A DNA stretch of 64,000 nt from Entomortierella parvispora E1425 (Eukaryota; Fungi; Mortierellomycota). Made by a program: the position numbers and the translations under genes. Under the pieces are notes generated by a model. That model was given only the letters and a program-made list of their open reading frames with translations, searched no databases and was not told the origin of the DNA. The stretch lies in the NCBI GenBank assembly GCA_020891255.1, contig BQFW01000011.1, positions 1,674,001 through 1,738,000 on the forward strand, given 5' to 3'. Shown here in pieces: positions 36,102 through 48,961 of this stretch; positions within the stretch are counted from its first letter, which is position 1, and every line of letters begins with the position of its first letter.

Positions 36102-39100
36102 CTATTTTCTGCCTTTGCCTTTGCCCTTGCCCTTGTGAGTAGACGATTTGCCACCATTCTGGTGTTTTTGGGTCTCCTGAATGGTCTCCTGGTCTTGCTG
36201 GCTCACCATCAGCGGCTCCTCAAGCCTGTTGGATGAGGCAGAGGCACCTTCATTGGTCTCTCCCATAGTGGCAACGTACTCGTCAATGTGGCTAAATTCC
36301 GCTGCGCGTCCCTTTCCCTTGCCCTTCGAGACGGGGACCTCAATATGCTCCGATTCCGAGAACTCTTCCTGCTGATGAGGGGCCTCCCCCTCCTCAGAAA
36401 GGAGTTTTTGGGCCATTTCGACTTTTCGCAGGGCCTCGGCCAGCTCCTGCTCCTCCTGCTGTTTCTCTCTTGCGGCGAGTCTGGCCTGCTTTTTCTCGGC
36501 CTCGGCAGCCGCGGTGGCGATTGCTTCCTTTGCAAAGTCGTCACTGTTGAACATCTTTTGAACTTGCTTGTAATGGTCCAGTTCCTGAGCCGAAACTGAA
36601 GGAATCAACTCGGCCAGTGCTTGATCAAAGTCCTGTTCCGTGACCTGGACCAAAATCTCGTCTGGTTGAGCAAGGTGATCGAGATAGTACTGCGATGAGA
36701 TGGGTCGGGGCAGAGTAGAAGTTTCGTCCGCGTTGATGGCAACTAATAGTGTAATAAAATAGATGAGTGAGTTTGAGTTAATATGGTCTCCATATGATTA
36801 GCAAATACGACAAAAAAAAAAAAAAAAAATACGTACCAACTCGGCTTTCGATACCGTCAGCGGTGCGAGACATGGCTTTCAGCATGGCGTCAGAGCAAAG
36901 GGCATAAAAGTCAGCTCCTGTATAGTTAAAGGGGCACTTTTCGGCTACATTGGCCAGATCCAAAGAAGGGTGCAAACGGAACTTGCGAGTCAGGGCCTGA
37001 ATGATACGCAGCTGCTCCTCGTGCTTGGTGCTCACGCTGAGATACAATAGCTTATCGAAGCGACCAGGACGCAACAGAGCTGGATCCAACAGATCGGGAC
37101 GGTTGGTGGCACCGATCACAAAGACGTCGCCGGAGCCCTCTCCTCCGTTCATGCCGTCCAACTCGGCCAAGAGCTGTGAGACAATACGATCCATTACGCC
37201 ACCAGAGTCGCCCTTCTCACCACGCTTCGGTGCGACTGAATCCAACTCGTCAAAAAAGATAACACAGGGCTTTGCATCACGCGCGCGTTGGAAGACTCGA
37301 CGGACATTGGCTTCTGACTCTCCGATATACATGTTCAACAACTCTGGTCCTTTGACCGAGAAAAAGTTGAGAGAGCACGAGGTTGCAACAGCTTTAGCGA
37401 GCAAAGTCTTGCCTGTTCCTGGGGGTCCATAGAGCAAAATTCCAGATCGTTTCTTCAATCCACTAGCAAAAAGCTCTGGGTGCTCCAATGGAAGCTGGAT
37501 GGTGTCCAGAATATCGTTCTTGACTGAAGCCAAACCTCCAACATCATCCCAAGTAACGTTGGGAATCTTGGGGGCACCGATCGAGTCCGAGTACGAGGCA
37601 CGCGCTTTGTTCAATGCGCTATCATAATCAGCCGCCGTCACGGTGACTCCTGCATACACCATGCTTTGGGCCGAAACGCTTCCCTTGTTCCATTCATCAC
37701 TAAAAGCAACATACAAAAAAATGTTAATATTGCAGAATGTCTGTTTCAAACCCGTCCTGAACAAAAAAGGACCTACATTGACTTTTCGACACGGTCAATG
37801 GCCACTAATCCAGCGCGGCCAGTGAGATCCACCAAATCCTTCGCAACCAAGGCTGCCGTTTGAGTTGCCAACGAATTCAAGGAAACGTCAGGTCCCAATG
37901 GCGTTGTCGAGGTCAAGTTCTTCAAAATGGCAAGACGTTGAGCCTCGTTGGGAGCATCGAATCCAATCTCGTGCAAGAAACATCCAAGAACAGAGGTTGG
38001 GACCTTGTCAATATCGCCTGTGGTAGCAATCACCGTGACTGGGTGGCCCATAGTTTTGAAGGCCTCTCCCAACTGAGTAAAGCAGTCTTTGAGAACAGTG
38101 GAAAGAATGGGTTCTAACAAGGGGGAGCAAATAAAAAAAGCGTTCAGCAAGAATTCATAGGTACAATGAATATGCAAAAAAGGTAGGGGCATGGATTTGT
38201 ACCTTGTCCGGTTTCCAAAGCGACGCTCTTTCTAGCCAAAGCATCGATATGTCTCAACAGGAGTATGCAGGGACCACAAGCAACAGCCTTGTCAAACTTT
38301 GCACGAACGGCGACCTCAGTTTTTGCATCAGTGTCGCTGGCAATATCGAAACAATTGACCTCCATGATGTGAATACCGGCCAAGTCAGCGACCCAGTCCA
38401 CAACTGTCTTTTTTCCGATTCCTCGAGCTCCATGAAGAAGCACTGTGCAGTTAAGACCAAGTTTGGATGAGAAAGGATGAAGCCCTGAGGACACCAACTG
38501 ATGGAGCTGAGCGAACGCCTGGGGAGCAGATGGGTCATCAAGAGCCGGGATGGAGGGCAATCGAGCTAAGTGACCGCGTGTTAATAGTTGATATCGGTAT
38601 CTTTTCTTTTCAAAAACCTTCGGTAGTCATTAAGAAAGCCTTACCATTGCGTCTTAGTCTAGGTGGAACTCTTGAATGCTCTAAACCGGATTGGATCATC
38701 TTGGTAACTGTTGGATCAACAAGCTGGGTGTGTTTGTTGACACCTCCAGAGTTTTCCAGGTGAGTTAACTTGAAATAAATGATCGTTTTTTGACCAGATG
38801 GTGCCAATGGGAGACTAAAAATTCAGAATCAAGTCAGTAAACCTGGAGTGACGCACAATGGCCACAGACGTGACCACATAATCAAAGATTCGTACCGGAT
38901 GTCCGCGTCAGATGGGTCCACAGGTCCTGATTGCTTTGGAGTCAATTTGGCGGCTTCCTCATCAATCTCGACACCAATGACATCTCCTTCACAAACCACT
39001 CGCTCATATTCCTCAAACCACTCCTTGAGTGCTTCCAAGCATGCCGCCTGCAGCGCCTTGTCCACAGTTGGGGGAGAGGCAACTCTAGCTACCGTCACGG

Positions 39101-41029
39101 CTTTGGCGACACTGGGTTCCTCTCCCCTGAGCTGAGCTGAATCGATGGTGAAGCTTGAGGGTGATCCCAAGTTGAAGTGAAGGCCTGCTGAAATATAGGC
39201 GCGAGGGAGTCCTTTGCTCTTGTCTGCAATTGGGAACGTCAGTCCAAAGATCCTGCAGAATCGAGACGTTGGCTTTGGCTCGGAGGTAGAGACAAGTACC
39301 TATGATCATACATATCAGTGTGAGCAACAAGTGTTTTATGTCCGCCTGTCGAATGTCTTTCATAGAAAAGTGCCTCTTACCCAATCTCCACTGAACACTC
39401 TCAACTTGCCCAATTGAGATACGTCGACAAGAATACGTGCTTCGGGATCATCTTCAGGCGCTGGTTGTGGTGAAAGTTTGTGTGATGGGTAATGGTTTTT
39501 CTGGACCCAAGGACAAAATTCGACAGCAGTCTTCTTCACGGGTTGCTCCTCCTCCTGTGTTGGCTCCAGCTGAGTAGAGTGCGTGCGTTTCAGTCGACTT
39601 TGCCCGCCAAACTCTCTGTGAATCTTGCGACCGTCAATCTCATCACCGGAATCCTCAATTACATCCGAAAAATTGTTGTTGTCTTCCTCCTCTTCTTCCT
39701 CATCGTCGTCATCCTCAAGTTCCGCTACTGAGAAGTGAAGATCCTTGAAAGCGCTCTTGGAGCTGCCGTTGTGGTCCTTGCTCAAGAAGCGAGAGGCGAT
39801 AAAGTCGCCGTCAAATTCGAACGGATCAGTCGAGTCATCAAAGATGGTCAGATGGCTGCTATCAATGGCAGACTCAAAAAAGTCGAGTCCATTTGAAGTT
39901 TCCAAAGACTGTCCAGCCATGTCCGTAAAGATAATGCTGGTCTCCTCTTCCATGATTCCCTGCAGGACAGAGTTGCACATGAGTACTTTAACAGGCAGCT
40001 GTTCTCCGGACGGTCCCTGGATATTGTAGACTTGGTCATAGCGAAGGATCACTGGTTCTCCGTTTTGAGGCAAGAAATGGTTTGTAATCAGACTTGGATC
40101 TGTCCAGGTTGAAAGCAGTAAAAAAACATGTTGGTTAGATACACAGGGTGTGGTGGTGTTCCCCGCAAAATATAGTTCAGGTGAATACCTGAGGAGATAA
40201 GGTCGTATGCCTTGGTAGTGGTCGCGGCAAGGATAACCTCATCCAACACTACCAGATCTGTCCTTTGAATGGTGATCGGGACCTGGTTCTCAATGGCCAT
40301 TGACTGAAGGTGTGTCTTGGCGAACTCTGCAGTGATGAAGCATTCATTTTCGGAAGTCTGCATAGAATAATGCGGCCAAAAGAAAAGCCGTTAGCATGGG
40401 ATGAATGCTATGGATAGATACCCGATCGAAGGAAAACCTTACCTCGGCGATATGGCCGTCGATGGAGGAGGTCAAAAGAACGGCCCTAGTGACGACAGCA
40501 CTGAGGAGTGGGCGGGGAGCATGGTCGAGACTGGTGTGCATCTGGAAGCTGTCGCTGGAGAGGACGATCGCGACCGGAACCGAGCCTGATTTGATCCGAG
40601 CAAAAGAAGAGAATAAAGTAAAACGGGCAGACAGACGGACAAATTAGCGATCAAGGTTCACTTCACCCCATTCCTTCTCTCGGCTGCTTTGTTCTCCAGG
40701 CTGCTTCCCAGAGTGGGTCCCATGACGTTTGCATGCTGGTCTGTCGATCTGTCGGCTTGCCTGTCTCTGTCGATATCCTCTGCTCCGTCTGTCCCTTTAT
40801 CCTTCTGTCCCTCTGTCCTGATCCAGCGAAAAAGAATGGCATAAAAAGTACCTGCTCCGCTCACGTTGCCACCAAGCTTGTTCCAGACGGGCAAGGTCAC
40901 TTGGATCGTGTCATGGAGTCGGTCCGAGTCTCTGTGGACAGACTCCTCTGGGCGGATCGCAAGCTTGGCCTGGATACGGACATTGGTCTGAGGCTTGCTT
41001 CCCTCGGAGGTTGTTGCGACGGGAGACAT
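36102..41029 (-). CDS. PEX6: Peroxisomal biogenesis AAA ATPase Pex6
   Basis: D2 module [74 protein letters not shown]. Degenerate D1 [10 protein letters not shown]-domain [14 protein letters not shown]. Multi-exon; start inferred at MSPVATT. Confidence 0.93.
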
Positions 41030-41520
41030 GGGAAGAGAGGAATGGGCGTTGGAAGAAAAGTCGAATTCAGTCAGGAACAATGGGCAGGCACGCGAGGTGG
41101 GGCGGACTGAGGGGAGGAGGAGGGGAGGAAGGGAGAAAGGGAGGGAAGGGAAGGGAGAGAGAGGGAGAGAGAGAGAGGTGGAGAGTGATGACAGAAGAGA
41201 GGAAAGGGAGAAGGAAAGAAGATGGAATGAAGGAACGAAAGGAGATGAGTCTCGCTTTTGACACTCTTCCGTGTCTCTTCGTCTCCACTTTTTGCCCACG
41301 GGGCGGCTCTCTTCTTCTTCTCACATGAAAAGAAAGCGGCCGTCGCTGTCTCTTTGCGGTTGCCCTTTTCTTTTCTTTTCTTTTCCTTTCCTTTTTTTTT
41401 TTTTGTTCCTTGATTCACTTCCTTGGATTCACTCTAGTTCATTCCATCTCTCCTTTCTCCATTCTTTCAGCCTCGTCTCATTCACCCCATCCCACCGGAC
41501 AGGCTTTAATTCATTTCTTA

Positions 41521-42798
41521 ATGTCATTACCATCGCTCCTGCTCTCCAGCTCGAGGGCTGCCTTCAGGGTCTCGTCGTCGTCCCTGGCAAGACCTTGTGC
41601 TCTCCGGCCACTCTCCTCGGTCGCGTCGTCGTCCTCGCCACAGGAAATTATCGCGTCCTGGAAGAGCTCGATCCTCAAGAAGCCCGTCTTGGTGGAAAAA
41701 GACACCATCCGTCCGCAGACCCTTCAGCAACTGGCCATGACCCTTGACAAGAAGACGCCTACCACCTCCCCCACTGCAGAGTTTGCCAAAGGCGCGCCTC
41801 TGCCCGTCAATTGGCATCACGCTTTCTTCCCTCCCATGATCGGCGAGGACGATCTTGGCGGAGATGGCTACGAAATGACCCATGCCCCCCCTGCACCCTA
41901 CCTGGCTAGAATGTGGGCCGGAGGTGGGGTGGAGCAGAATCCTGCCAATCTGTTGCGAGTCGGTCAGGAGATGAGGATGAAGACAAAGTGCACCGGAGTG
42001 GATATTAAGCAGAACCGATCCGGCGAGGTCATGGTCTTTGTCAGCCTCGAGAAACTGGTCGAGAACGAGAATGGCTGGGCTTTGACCGACACAAGAACCC
42101 TTGTGTACATGGAAAAGGACGAAACAAAAACATCTCCGGTGGTTGCAAAGCTTGTCAGACGTGCGTGAAAAGATTGCTTCGGGGAATTGTAACAGGCATC
42201 ATGACCACAACGGGACAGTACGAAGCACAGCTGGACTGACGATCTATTTTTTTTTATTTTTTTTATTTTTTTTGTATTGTTGAATGATAACAGCCAGAAG
42301 ACAACCCGACTTTTCCACGACGATTGTTCCCAGTGCAATTCTTCTCTTCCGATACTCTGCTTTGACTTTTAACAGTCATCGCATCCACTTTGATCATGAG
42401 TACGCCAACAAGGTTGAGCTTCACCCAGGTATCTTTTCTAAACTGACAGTTTAAACAACAGTGGTCCTTATGAAGTACTGGTCACAGTGTCCTAACATTT
42501 CGCCTTTGGGTCAATTGAAACCAAAGGTTGCCTCGTCCACGGCCCACTCTCTGCTACATACATGCTGGAGAACCTGCGCAAGCAGTTGGGTGCAGGCTTG
42601 ATCATGAAGAACTTCCAGTACCGTGCACTTAGCCCTCTCTATGTTGACAAGCCCATCAAGATCTGTGCCAAAAAGATGGCAGTCGTGCCCACGATGGATG
42701 CGGATGTGGTGGAAAGCTACGAGGTCTGGATCGAGAACTGGGAGGGAGGTTTGTCCATGTCCGGCACTGTGGAGGTCGTCAAAGCACCCAAGTCCTGA
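41521..42798 (+). CDS. HTD2: Mitochondrial 3-hydroxyacyl-thioester dehydratase (HTD2 / mesaconyl-CoA hydratase-like hot-dog fold)
   Basis: R/S/L/A-rich presequence; LGGDGYEMTHAPPAPYLARMWAGG; exon 2 LLFRYSALTFNSHRIHFDHEYA; exon 3 LVHGPL. Confidence 0.85.
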
Positions 42799-43723
42799 AC
42801 AAACGTGGATCAAAATATAAAAAGCAGTTGTTGAACAACAAAAACACAGGTGGCATTTTTTTTTTGGAGAAAGAAGAAGAATATAAAGAGTACAGATACA
42901 ATGTCAGTTATCTGGGGCGTACTGCCAAGCGGCGAGATCCCACGACGGCCCAATTCCCCGAGAGGAACCAGACTGTAATGAAATCCCTCCCGACAAAATT
43001 GCCTGGAGATCATCAACCATTGATATGTATGATTATTATCATTACAGTCTTAGGTTAAATACTAAGACTAAGGAATCAAACCAGGGTCCAGGGGCCAGGC
43101 TTCTTTTATAGTGCCGTGACTGACCAGTGTGGCAGTGATCCACTTTTGACGACAAGGGGACTTTAAAGCAAGCGGCGGTCTCTCAATTGAGGTCCTCTGT
43201 TTGCCACTGTTCGAGTCTTTGTAGCTTTTCATTTGGATTCAGGAAAAAAAACTGTAAATCTACGTCACCCTCAGAATCACGTGATATAACAGCCGCCGCC
43301 GCCTTTCAGGACCTGCAACGGCGCCTTTGTCCTCCCAACACTGCAACAGGCAGGAACACCCCCAACGGTCAATCACTTGAAGGTAATCACAGCGTCGATG
43401 TACAGGATCACTGGATCTCGACTTGCGGGAATTGCATTCCATCTCATGGACAGAGTGGGCGGTCATCTGTCGTCTCAAACAAAGCGCGCTCGCACAGAGA
43501 CATGCAAAACTCAATTTCAAATGGAACGCCGACTGATTGTGTGGTCCTCCTTCTCTTTTCCCCGTCTTGACTCCAGGTCCTTTCGCTCTTGACTCTTTTT
43601 CTCGGCACTTTGCAGAATATTTTTGTGCAGTGCTTTGATACCACAGGAGAGACCTCAAGCGGCACCTTTTGGATTTTTTTTTATTTTTTTATTTCACTTT
43701 TTTTTGTTTGGGCAAAAAAAAAA

Positions 43724-45442
43724 ATGGCCCCCTCTGCACCTGGTAGCAGCAGTCGCCGAAACGCCTCGAGAGGATCGAGCAGAAACAACTTTAGACGGGA
43801 AGGGTCGTACAAGAACGACGCTCGTTCTAAGCAGGATTCCGACTCTGAAGATCCGCAGAGTGACAGTCCCGCGCGATCCAAGCGTCCCACACGGAGGGCA
43901 GCTTCGAGATCAAAGCCTGTGCAGCCCGCTCTTGAGAGCGAAGACGACTCAAACAGCGCCATGGGTGAGGAGGATGATGCCTCATCCCGGACCGGTGGAA
44001 GCGTCCAAGAAGAAGTCGAAGGCACTGTCGACGAGTCGGGCGAAGCTAAAATCACGAAAGAAGGAGAACTCCTTGGAGGTAAAAAAAACCCTCCCGTTAC
44101 ACGATTGCGCTGGTGGATTCGGAGCTGAGAAAGCGCTGATATTCTTTTCATGATCATAATTTAGGCCGTGAGTACAAGTGCAGGACCTTCAAGCTACCGG
44201 ACAGGGACGATACCATTTACATGCTCTCAATGGATCCAGCACGCGTCCTTGGATTCAGGGACAGCTACATTTTCTTTTTGAAAAATCCTCGATTAAGTCG
44301 AATCATCACCACTCTGGATGAGCGCCAATGGATGATTGACAATGGCATTCTCATGTCCAACCTGAAGACCAAGGGAATTGCCGTTGTAACGGCCCGATCA
44401 GTTTTCAAACTCTTTGGATCAAAAATTATCAAGAATGGCAGGGCACGTCTGGATGACTATTTCGAGTCGCCTGCTTCGATGGAGGAAGCTGATGATTCTG
44501 ATGCCGCCTCGCGTACTGGAGACGATAATGCCAGAGGTGGAAGCACGGGTGGCCATACTGAGGAAGGAACGCCCGCCGCATCGTCATCAAAGCGCAAGCA
44601 TACCCTATTCCAGGAAGAGTCGACTCGCCAAATCACAGATTTGAATTGGCAATACGAAAGCGCGATGGCTGTCAGGAACCTGAACTCTCAACTGAAGAAT
44701 CTCCGGAAAGAACATTCAAAGTTTTTGGACCCTCATACCAACATTGAGCAGGTTCCTTTAATGTTGCAACCGACTCGGTGTGAAGTGCGTGGGGTGACCA
44801 AACGGCCCAAGCTGGGCGACTCTGAGAATCCCCCCACCGCCGTCGTGTCGATTCCCAGCTCAATTGGTCCAACGACGGACGCTTCAGTGCGAGTGGAGAT
44901 CAAAGGAGCGGTACCTCCCCCACCTTTCATCGACGACCCCAGTGTTTGGGCTGTGATACCAGAGGATATTCAGAGATCACTGGAGAAGGCTGAGATGGTG
45001 AGATCTATGCTGGGACAGGAAGGAAATGAGGACCAGACAAAATACCCAATTTCGATACTGAGTGGACAGTTTCAGGCTTCCTACCCAATGTATGTGAACA
45101 TAGCATCCTTATTATTGCAATGGATGTCTATGATCATTTGCTGACTCTAATTTGTTCTCTTTTGTTCTCAACAGCCACCAGTCTCGTTTCAAGCAACCCT
45201 ATAGAGTGATTGTGCCTCAAAACATGGCGGCTCATGCTCAATATATCCATCATCTGTGGACCCAACAACCCAGGCAGGAGGTTCCGCTGTTGGAAAGGGT
45301 CTCTGGCGTCCCAGGGCCATCTTCTCAACAACCCCGAACTGGCCATCCACAACAACCTTTGATACAATACCAACAGGGGACGCCACAACCCCCTGCATTC
45401 CAGCCACAACACACATTTAACCAGTCGAACAGGCGACGATAG
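43724..45442 (+). CDS. RSC7: RSC/SWI-SNF subunit Rsc7(Npl6)/Swp82-like (CRC_subunit domain)
   Basis: Spliced GEAKITKEGELLG|GREYKCRTFKLP...YMLSMDPARVLGFRDSYIFF.KNP...VVTARSVFKLFGSKIIKNG..DDYFE, and C-terminal LNSQL...FLDPHTN. Confidence 0.85.
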
Positions 45443-47009
45443 CATTCTCTTCTCTCATACCAGCTTTTGTTCTCTTTTTTCTCTCGTACAATGAGTTCCC
45501 CCCCTTCGCTGTTGATGTTCCTTTTCTTTTGTTTCGCTCTTGTACTTTTAGCCCCTCTCTTTCCCTCGTAGTCATTTTCTCTATGCGATACATCATGTGT
45601 TGTTCCAATATCAACTCAAAAGTCATAAAAAACACGATCTTTTTTTTTTTTAAATTGCAAAAGTGCCACATGTTGTGAACCCTGCATTCTTTGCATGCAC
45701 GTCTCTTGATTTATTGGACGACTCGGTCAATCCCACTCTTGTGGATTATCCCTTTTGTGAACTGAATGTAAAAAAGCGTTCAATTGTTGGGAGGGAGTTA
45801 CCGCTTTTTGTCCCTGCATCGGCTGGGACCCTTTGAAGGGAGACAAAGGGGGCAAAAAAAATTGTCCTTGAAACACTCGTCCTCAGTCCCGAAAAAAATA
45901 TAACAGTGGCAAATCCCACCATGCAGCAGCGTCGAGTCATTTCATTGCTCGGGGGGTACCTCGACCGCAGGAGATGAGTACCTTTTGTTATTGTTGCCAT
46001 TGCTATTGTTGTGGATGCCCCGAACAATAGCCTTTTGAACAGATGTCCCAAATGTCTCTCTCAGAGCAGAAGCCACAGCGTGGGGCGCACATTCATGTGG
46101 GCGAACATGGACCACTCTGGCCTCTCAACCACAGAGCTCATGCCGACCGTTAGGATTCATTTTCGATGGTAGAGCAAATTGCACATACGTGGACCCATTG
46201 GTGTCGGCGATGCACTGCACGGCAGCATGGTCCGTAAGCAGAAAAGCAAGTAAATGAGGACTCTATTAGCGCGATCGACCTGATGGAAAGACAAACTCGA
46301 TGTTTTATTTCACTTTTGACTAAACAATACGAGAGTTGGTGAGCAGGCTGGCGAGCCATTAACTTTGAACAACCCAAGAGCAATCGAAGAAGACGAGAAA
46401 TGAACTGTCAAGACAATGATATGAACTGTGATATGAAGAGAGCAGCATGGCGGCCTGTTTTTCTGTGCAAATGGGACTTGTGAGCACTGACCAGGGTTGC
46501 GGCCCCCAACTTGCCCCCATAGCCCAACGCTGGACTATAATTGAGACGTTTACGCTCTCGCATCTATTTCTATCTCTGTCTCTCCCTCTGTCTCTTTCAC
46601 TTTTTTTCTTGTTCGTTAGGACATGAGGAGGTGAGCGGCGGGGGGGGGGGGATAGCTTACACACATGGGACCATGGGCGAAAGAGACAAAAAAAGTTGAG
46701 TCAACGCACACAAGGGACATACCGATGTGGTTGTTGCGGATGACCCATGAAAAAAACATGCGAAGGATACAAAAACAACGTGGTTCTCCCATCTTCCTTC
46801 TCTTTCTTTCTCTTGTTCCTCATTCCTCGCTCTTTATTCTCCTCGCGCTCTCCCTTTGTGCCCTGACCAACGATCCACTTGCTTCACCTTTCCTAACTCA
46901 CTTACTCTCCCTCTCGCTCTTTCACGGACGTTTTACTCCTCTGACAGTTTGCTCGCAACTGGTGCCACTCAACCTTCCTGTTGTACCCCCAAAACTCCTA
47001 AAATCCAAC

Positions 47010-48530
47010 ATGGCTGCCGTAGTACAAGGCCAAACCCACATCCATACCCATACCTTCTTGGACCAGAAGCCCCCCATGATGCCCCGACAGTCGACCAGCG
47101 ACGTCCTTTCCTTCACTGATATCATCAAGAACCGTCTCGGTCCTGGTGAAAACGTTTGGGATTACTTTTCTCCCCCACCTTCCTCGTCCTCCCCTTGCTC
47201 CCCCCTGGAACGCAAGGGAAGCGACACAATGTCTGGACCTCTCTCCCCTACCTCTCCTGTCCTTGGCGGAAACAAACGTCAGAGTATCCTTTTCGCTACC
47301 AGCCCCGTGTCCTCTCCCACCTCGTCAGAGCCTGCGACGGTGCCAACGCCTCGAGTCCAGAAACGACGATCTTTTGCTCAATCGTTCAGGAGCAGCATCT
47401 ACAGTCTGTCACAATTGCTCTCGACAGCCAACGGCAACGGCTCTTCCACAAAGTCGTCAGGTTCAGAATCTAACAAGGGCCCTGCTCACTACAACATCTT
47501 GGTCCTGGGATCCGACTCGGCTCCTCTGGCCAGTACCCTTTACAAGATGTCGGGTCTGTTACCCAACACAAGCAAGATCAACCATTACCAAGAGATTTCT
47601 GGATTCTTTGTCGCGTACTTTCGATCCAACGGTCCTACGCCAGCCCTTGGATTGACGCCCAAGACCTCTTCAGATAGAGAACGACGCCTTCGATCCTCGG
47701 ATGAAGTCAAGAGCCGAAGAACCGGACTGGAAGAGATTGATCAGGAAGGAGAAGCTGAGAACTCGAGTAACGAAGCATCTACGAACGGAAAGCGACCCAA
47801 CCTTCCCCCGATCAACACGCACCCCACCGCCTCGACAGTTCACCGATCCAGTCAAGAGAGCAACGCCACTTTGACAACCCGTCACTCCAAAGAAGAGTCA
47901 GACTCTTCCACAGAGACGTGTGATGATGAAGCTGACCAAGCAACCCTTTACTCTCCCACGGGTGCCACAAGCAGCGACGAAAACCTGGCTCGTACTTCTT
48001 CTGCCAATGCCAGTTTGTCGATCCACGCCTTCTCGTTGGATACGACTTGGCCCGTCCCTCGCATGTTGGCTCAAAACTTTTGGTTCCCTCATGCCCACGG
48101 CATCATTTACATTGTGGATGCAACCCGCAAGAATGACCCTCGTGGCATGGATCACTTGTTTGGTGCCCGTCAGTTCCTATCTTCGTTGATGGCCGATCCC
48201 CATTTCAAGCGTCGCGACATCCCTGTGGTCGTGTTTGCCAACAAGGCCGGCATGGATGACGAGACCTGCTTCCGAGTGGATGAGATTGCAGATATCCTTG
48301 GATGTGAAGAATGGGAGGAGGAAGGAAGGATCTTGATGATGCAAGAAAAACAACAGCCCTCCAGCGGTTCCTCTTCAAGGAGGAGCAGCGCAGACGAGGC
48401 CCTGGGTTCACCTGTTTCAAGGCCGTGGTGTGTCAAGAGCACCCGATCCGACGGGGAGGGCGAGGGACTGAAAGAGGCCGTCGAATGGCTCAAGAGCCGG
48501 ATGGGCGAGATCTGGAAGAGTTCCTCATGA
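47010..48530 (+). CDS. Arf/Arl-fold protein with degenerate nucleotide-binding motifs (putative pseudo-GTPase)
   Basis: Single exon. YNILVLGSDSAPLASTLYKM (Arf G1 position), FWFPHAHGIIYIVDAT, IPVVVFANKAGM, and WCVKSTRSDGEGEGLKEAVEWL correspond to Arf beta1, beta4, G4 and the C-terminal helix. Confidence 0.72.
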   Translation: MAAVVQGQTHIHTHTFLDQKPPMMPRQSTSDVLSFTDIIKNRLGPGENVWDYFSPPPSSSSPCSPLERKGSDTMSGPLSPTSPVLGGNKRQSILFATSPVSSPTSSEPATVPTPRVQKRRSFAQSFRSSIYSLSQLLSTANGNGSSTKSSGSESNKGPAHYNILVLGSDSAPLASTLYKMSGLLPNTSKINHYQEISGFFVAYFRSNGPTPALGLTPKTSSDRERRLRSSDEVKSRRTGLEEIDQEGEAENSSNEASTNGKRPNLPPINTHPTASTVHRSSQESNATLTTRHSKEESDSSTETCDDEADQATLYSPTGATSSDENLARTSSANASLSIHAFSLDTTWPVPRMLAQNFWFPHAHGIIYIVDATRKNDPRGMDHLFGARQFLSSLMADPHFKRRDIPVVVFANKAGMDDETCFRVDEIADILGCEEWEEEGRILMMQEKQQPSSGSSSRRSSADEALGSPVSRPWCVKSTRSDGEGEGLKEAVEWLKSRMGEIWKSSS

Positions 48531-48792
48531 GAGGAAAGTGGTCCCACCCAACAACATGTTTCTCCTTTTTGCCTTTTATTCATCCTCATTATCCTCATTA
48601 CCCAAGTATACCATGCAACACGCACTTATAGTCTTAACTCTCTAATTCAATATAACCGAACCTCTTTTTTTTTTTTTTTTTTTGTTTTTTTGAAAGGGTT
48701 GCCTTTTTTTGGAGTCGATCGGCGGATCTGTGTGTCACGAAGGAACGGGAGGGGTCTGAACAAAGAAGAATGGGAGGGGAGGAAGAAAAAGG

Positions 48793-48961
48793 ATCTGATA
48801 ACTGCCCATAGACACAGACACACAGACAGACAGACAGACATACAGACACACCACACAAAGAGACGAAACGAAAATGAACCGGGGCGAGGGGGGACAGGAA
48901 AAAAAAAAAAAAATTGAAGGGCAGACAGAGACACACGAGACAACAACAAAGGATCTGATAA
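48793..48961 (+). promoter_or_regulatory. Two ATCTGATAA iron-responsive GATA-repressor-type sites upstream of the ferric reductase
   Basis: ATCTGATAA at 48793-48801 and 48953-48961, each inside an identical 14-mer AAAGGATCTGATAA. Matches the ATC(A/T)GATAA consensus of SreA/Fep1/Urbs1/Sre1. Confidence 0.65.
48820..48850. repeat. (CAGA)n-type microsatellite
   Basis: gacacagacacacagacagacagacagacatacagaca. Confidence 0.75.

Noticed and set aside
40658-41750. Several 85-210-aa ORFs in CT/GA-rich regions (also 13066-13701, 48634-49110 and 55289-56327)
   Set aside because: They are translations of low-complexity promoter or UTR sequence, mostly with non-ATG starts and no domain or splice support.
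44120-44145. CTGAGA in RSC7 intron 1 as a TPP riboswitch core
   Set aside because: The P2/P4/P5 elements (e.g. CCTGAT...TAATGC..GCG) are absent and the host gene is unrelated to thiamine.
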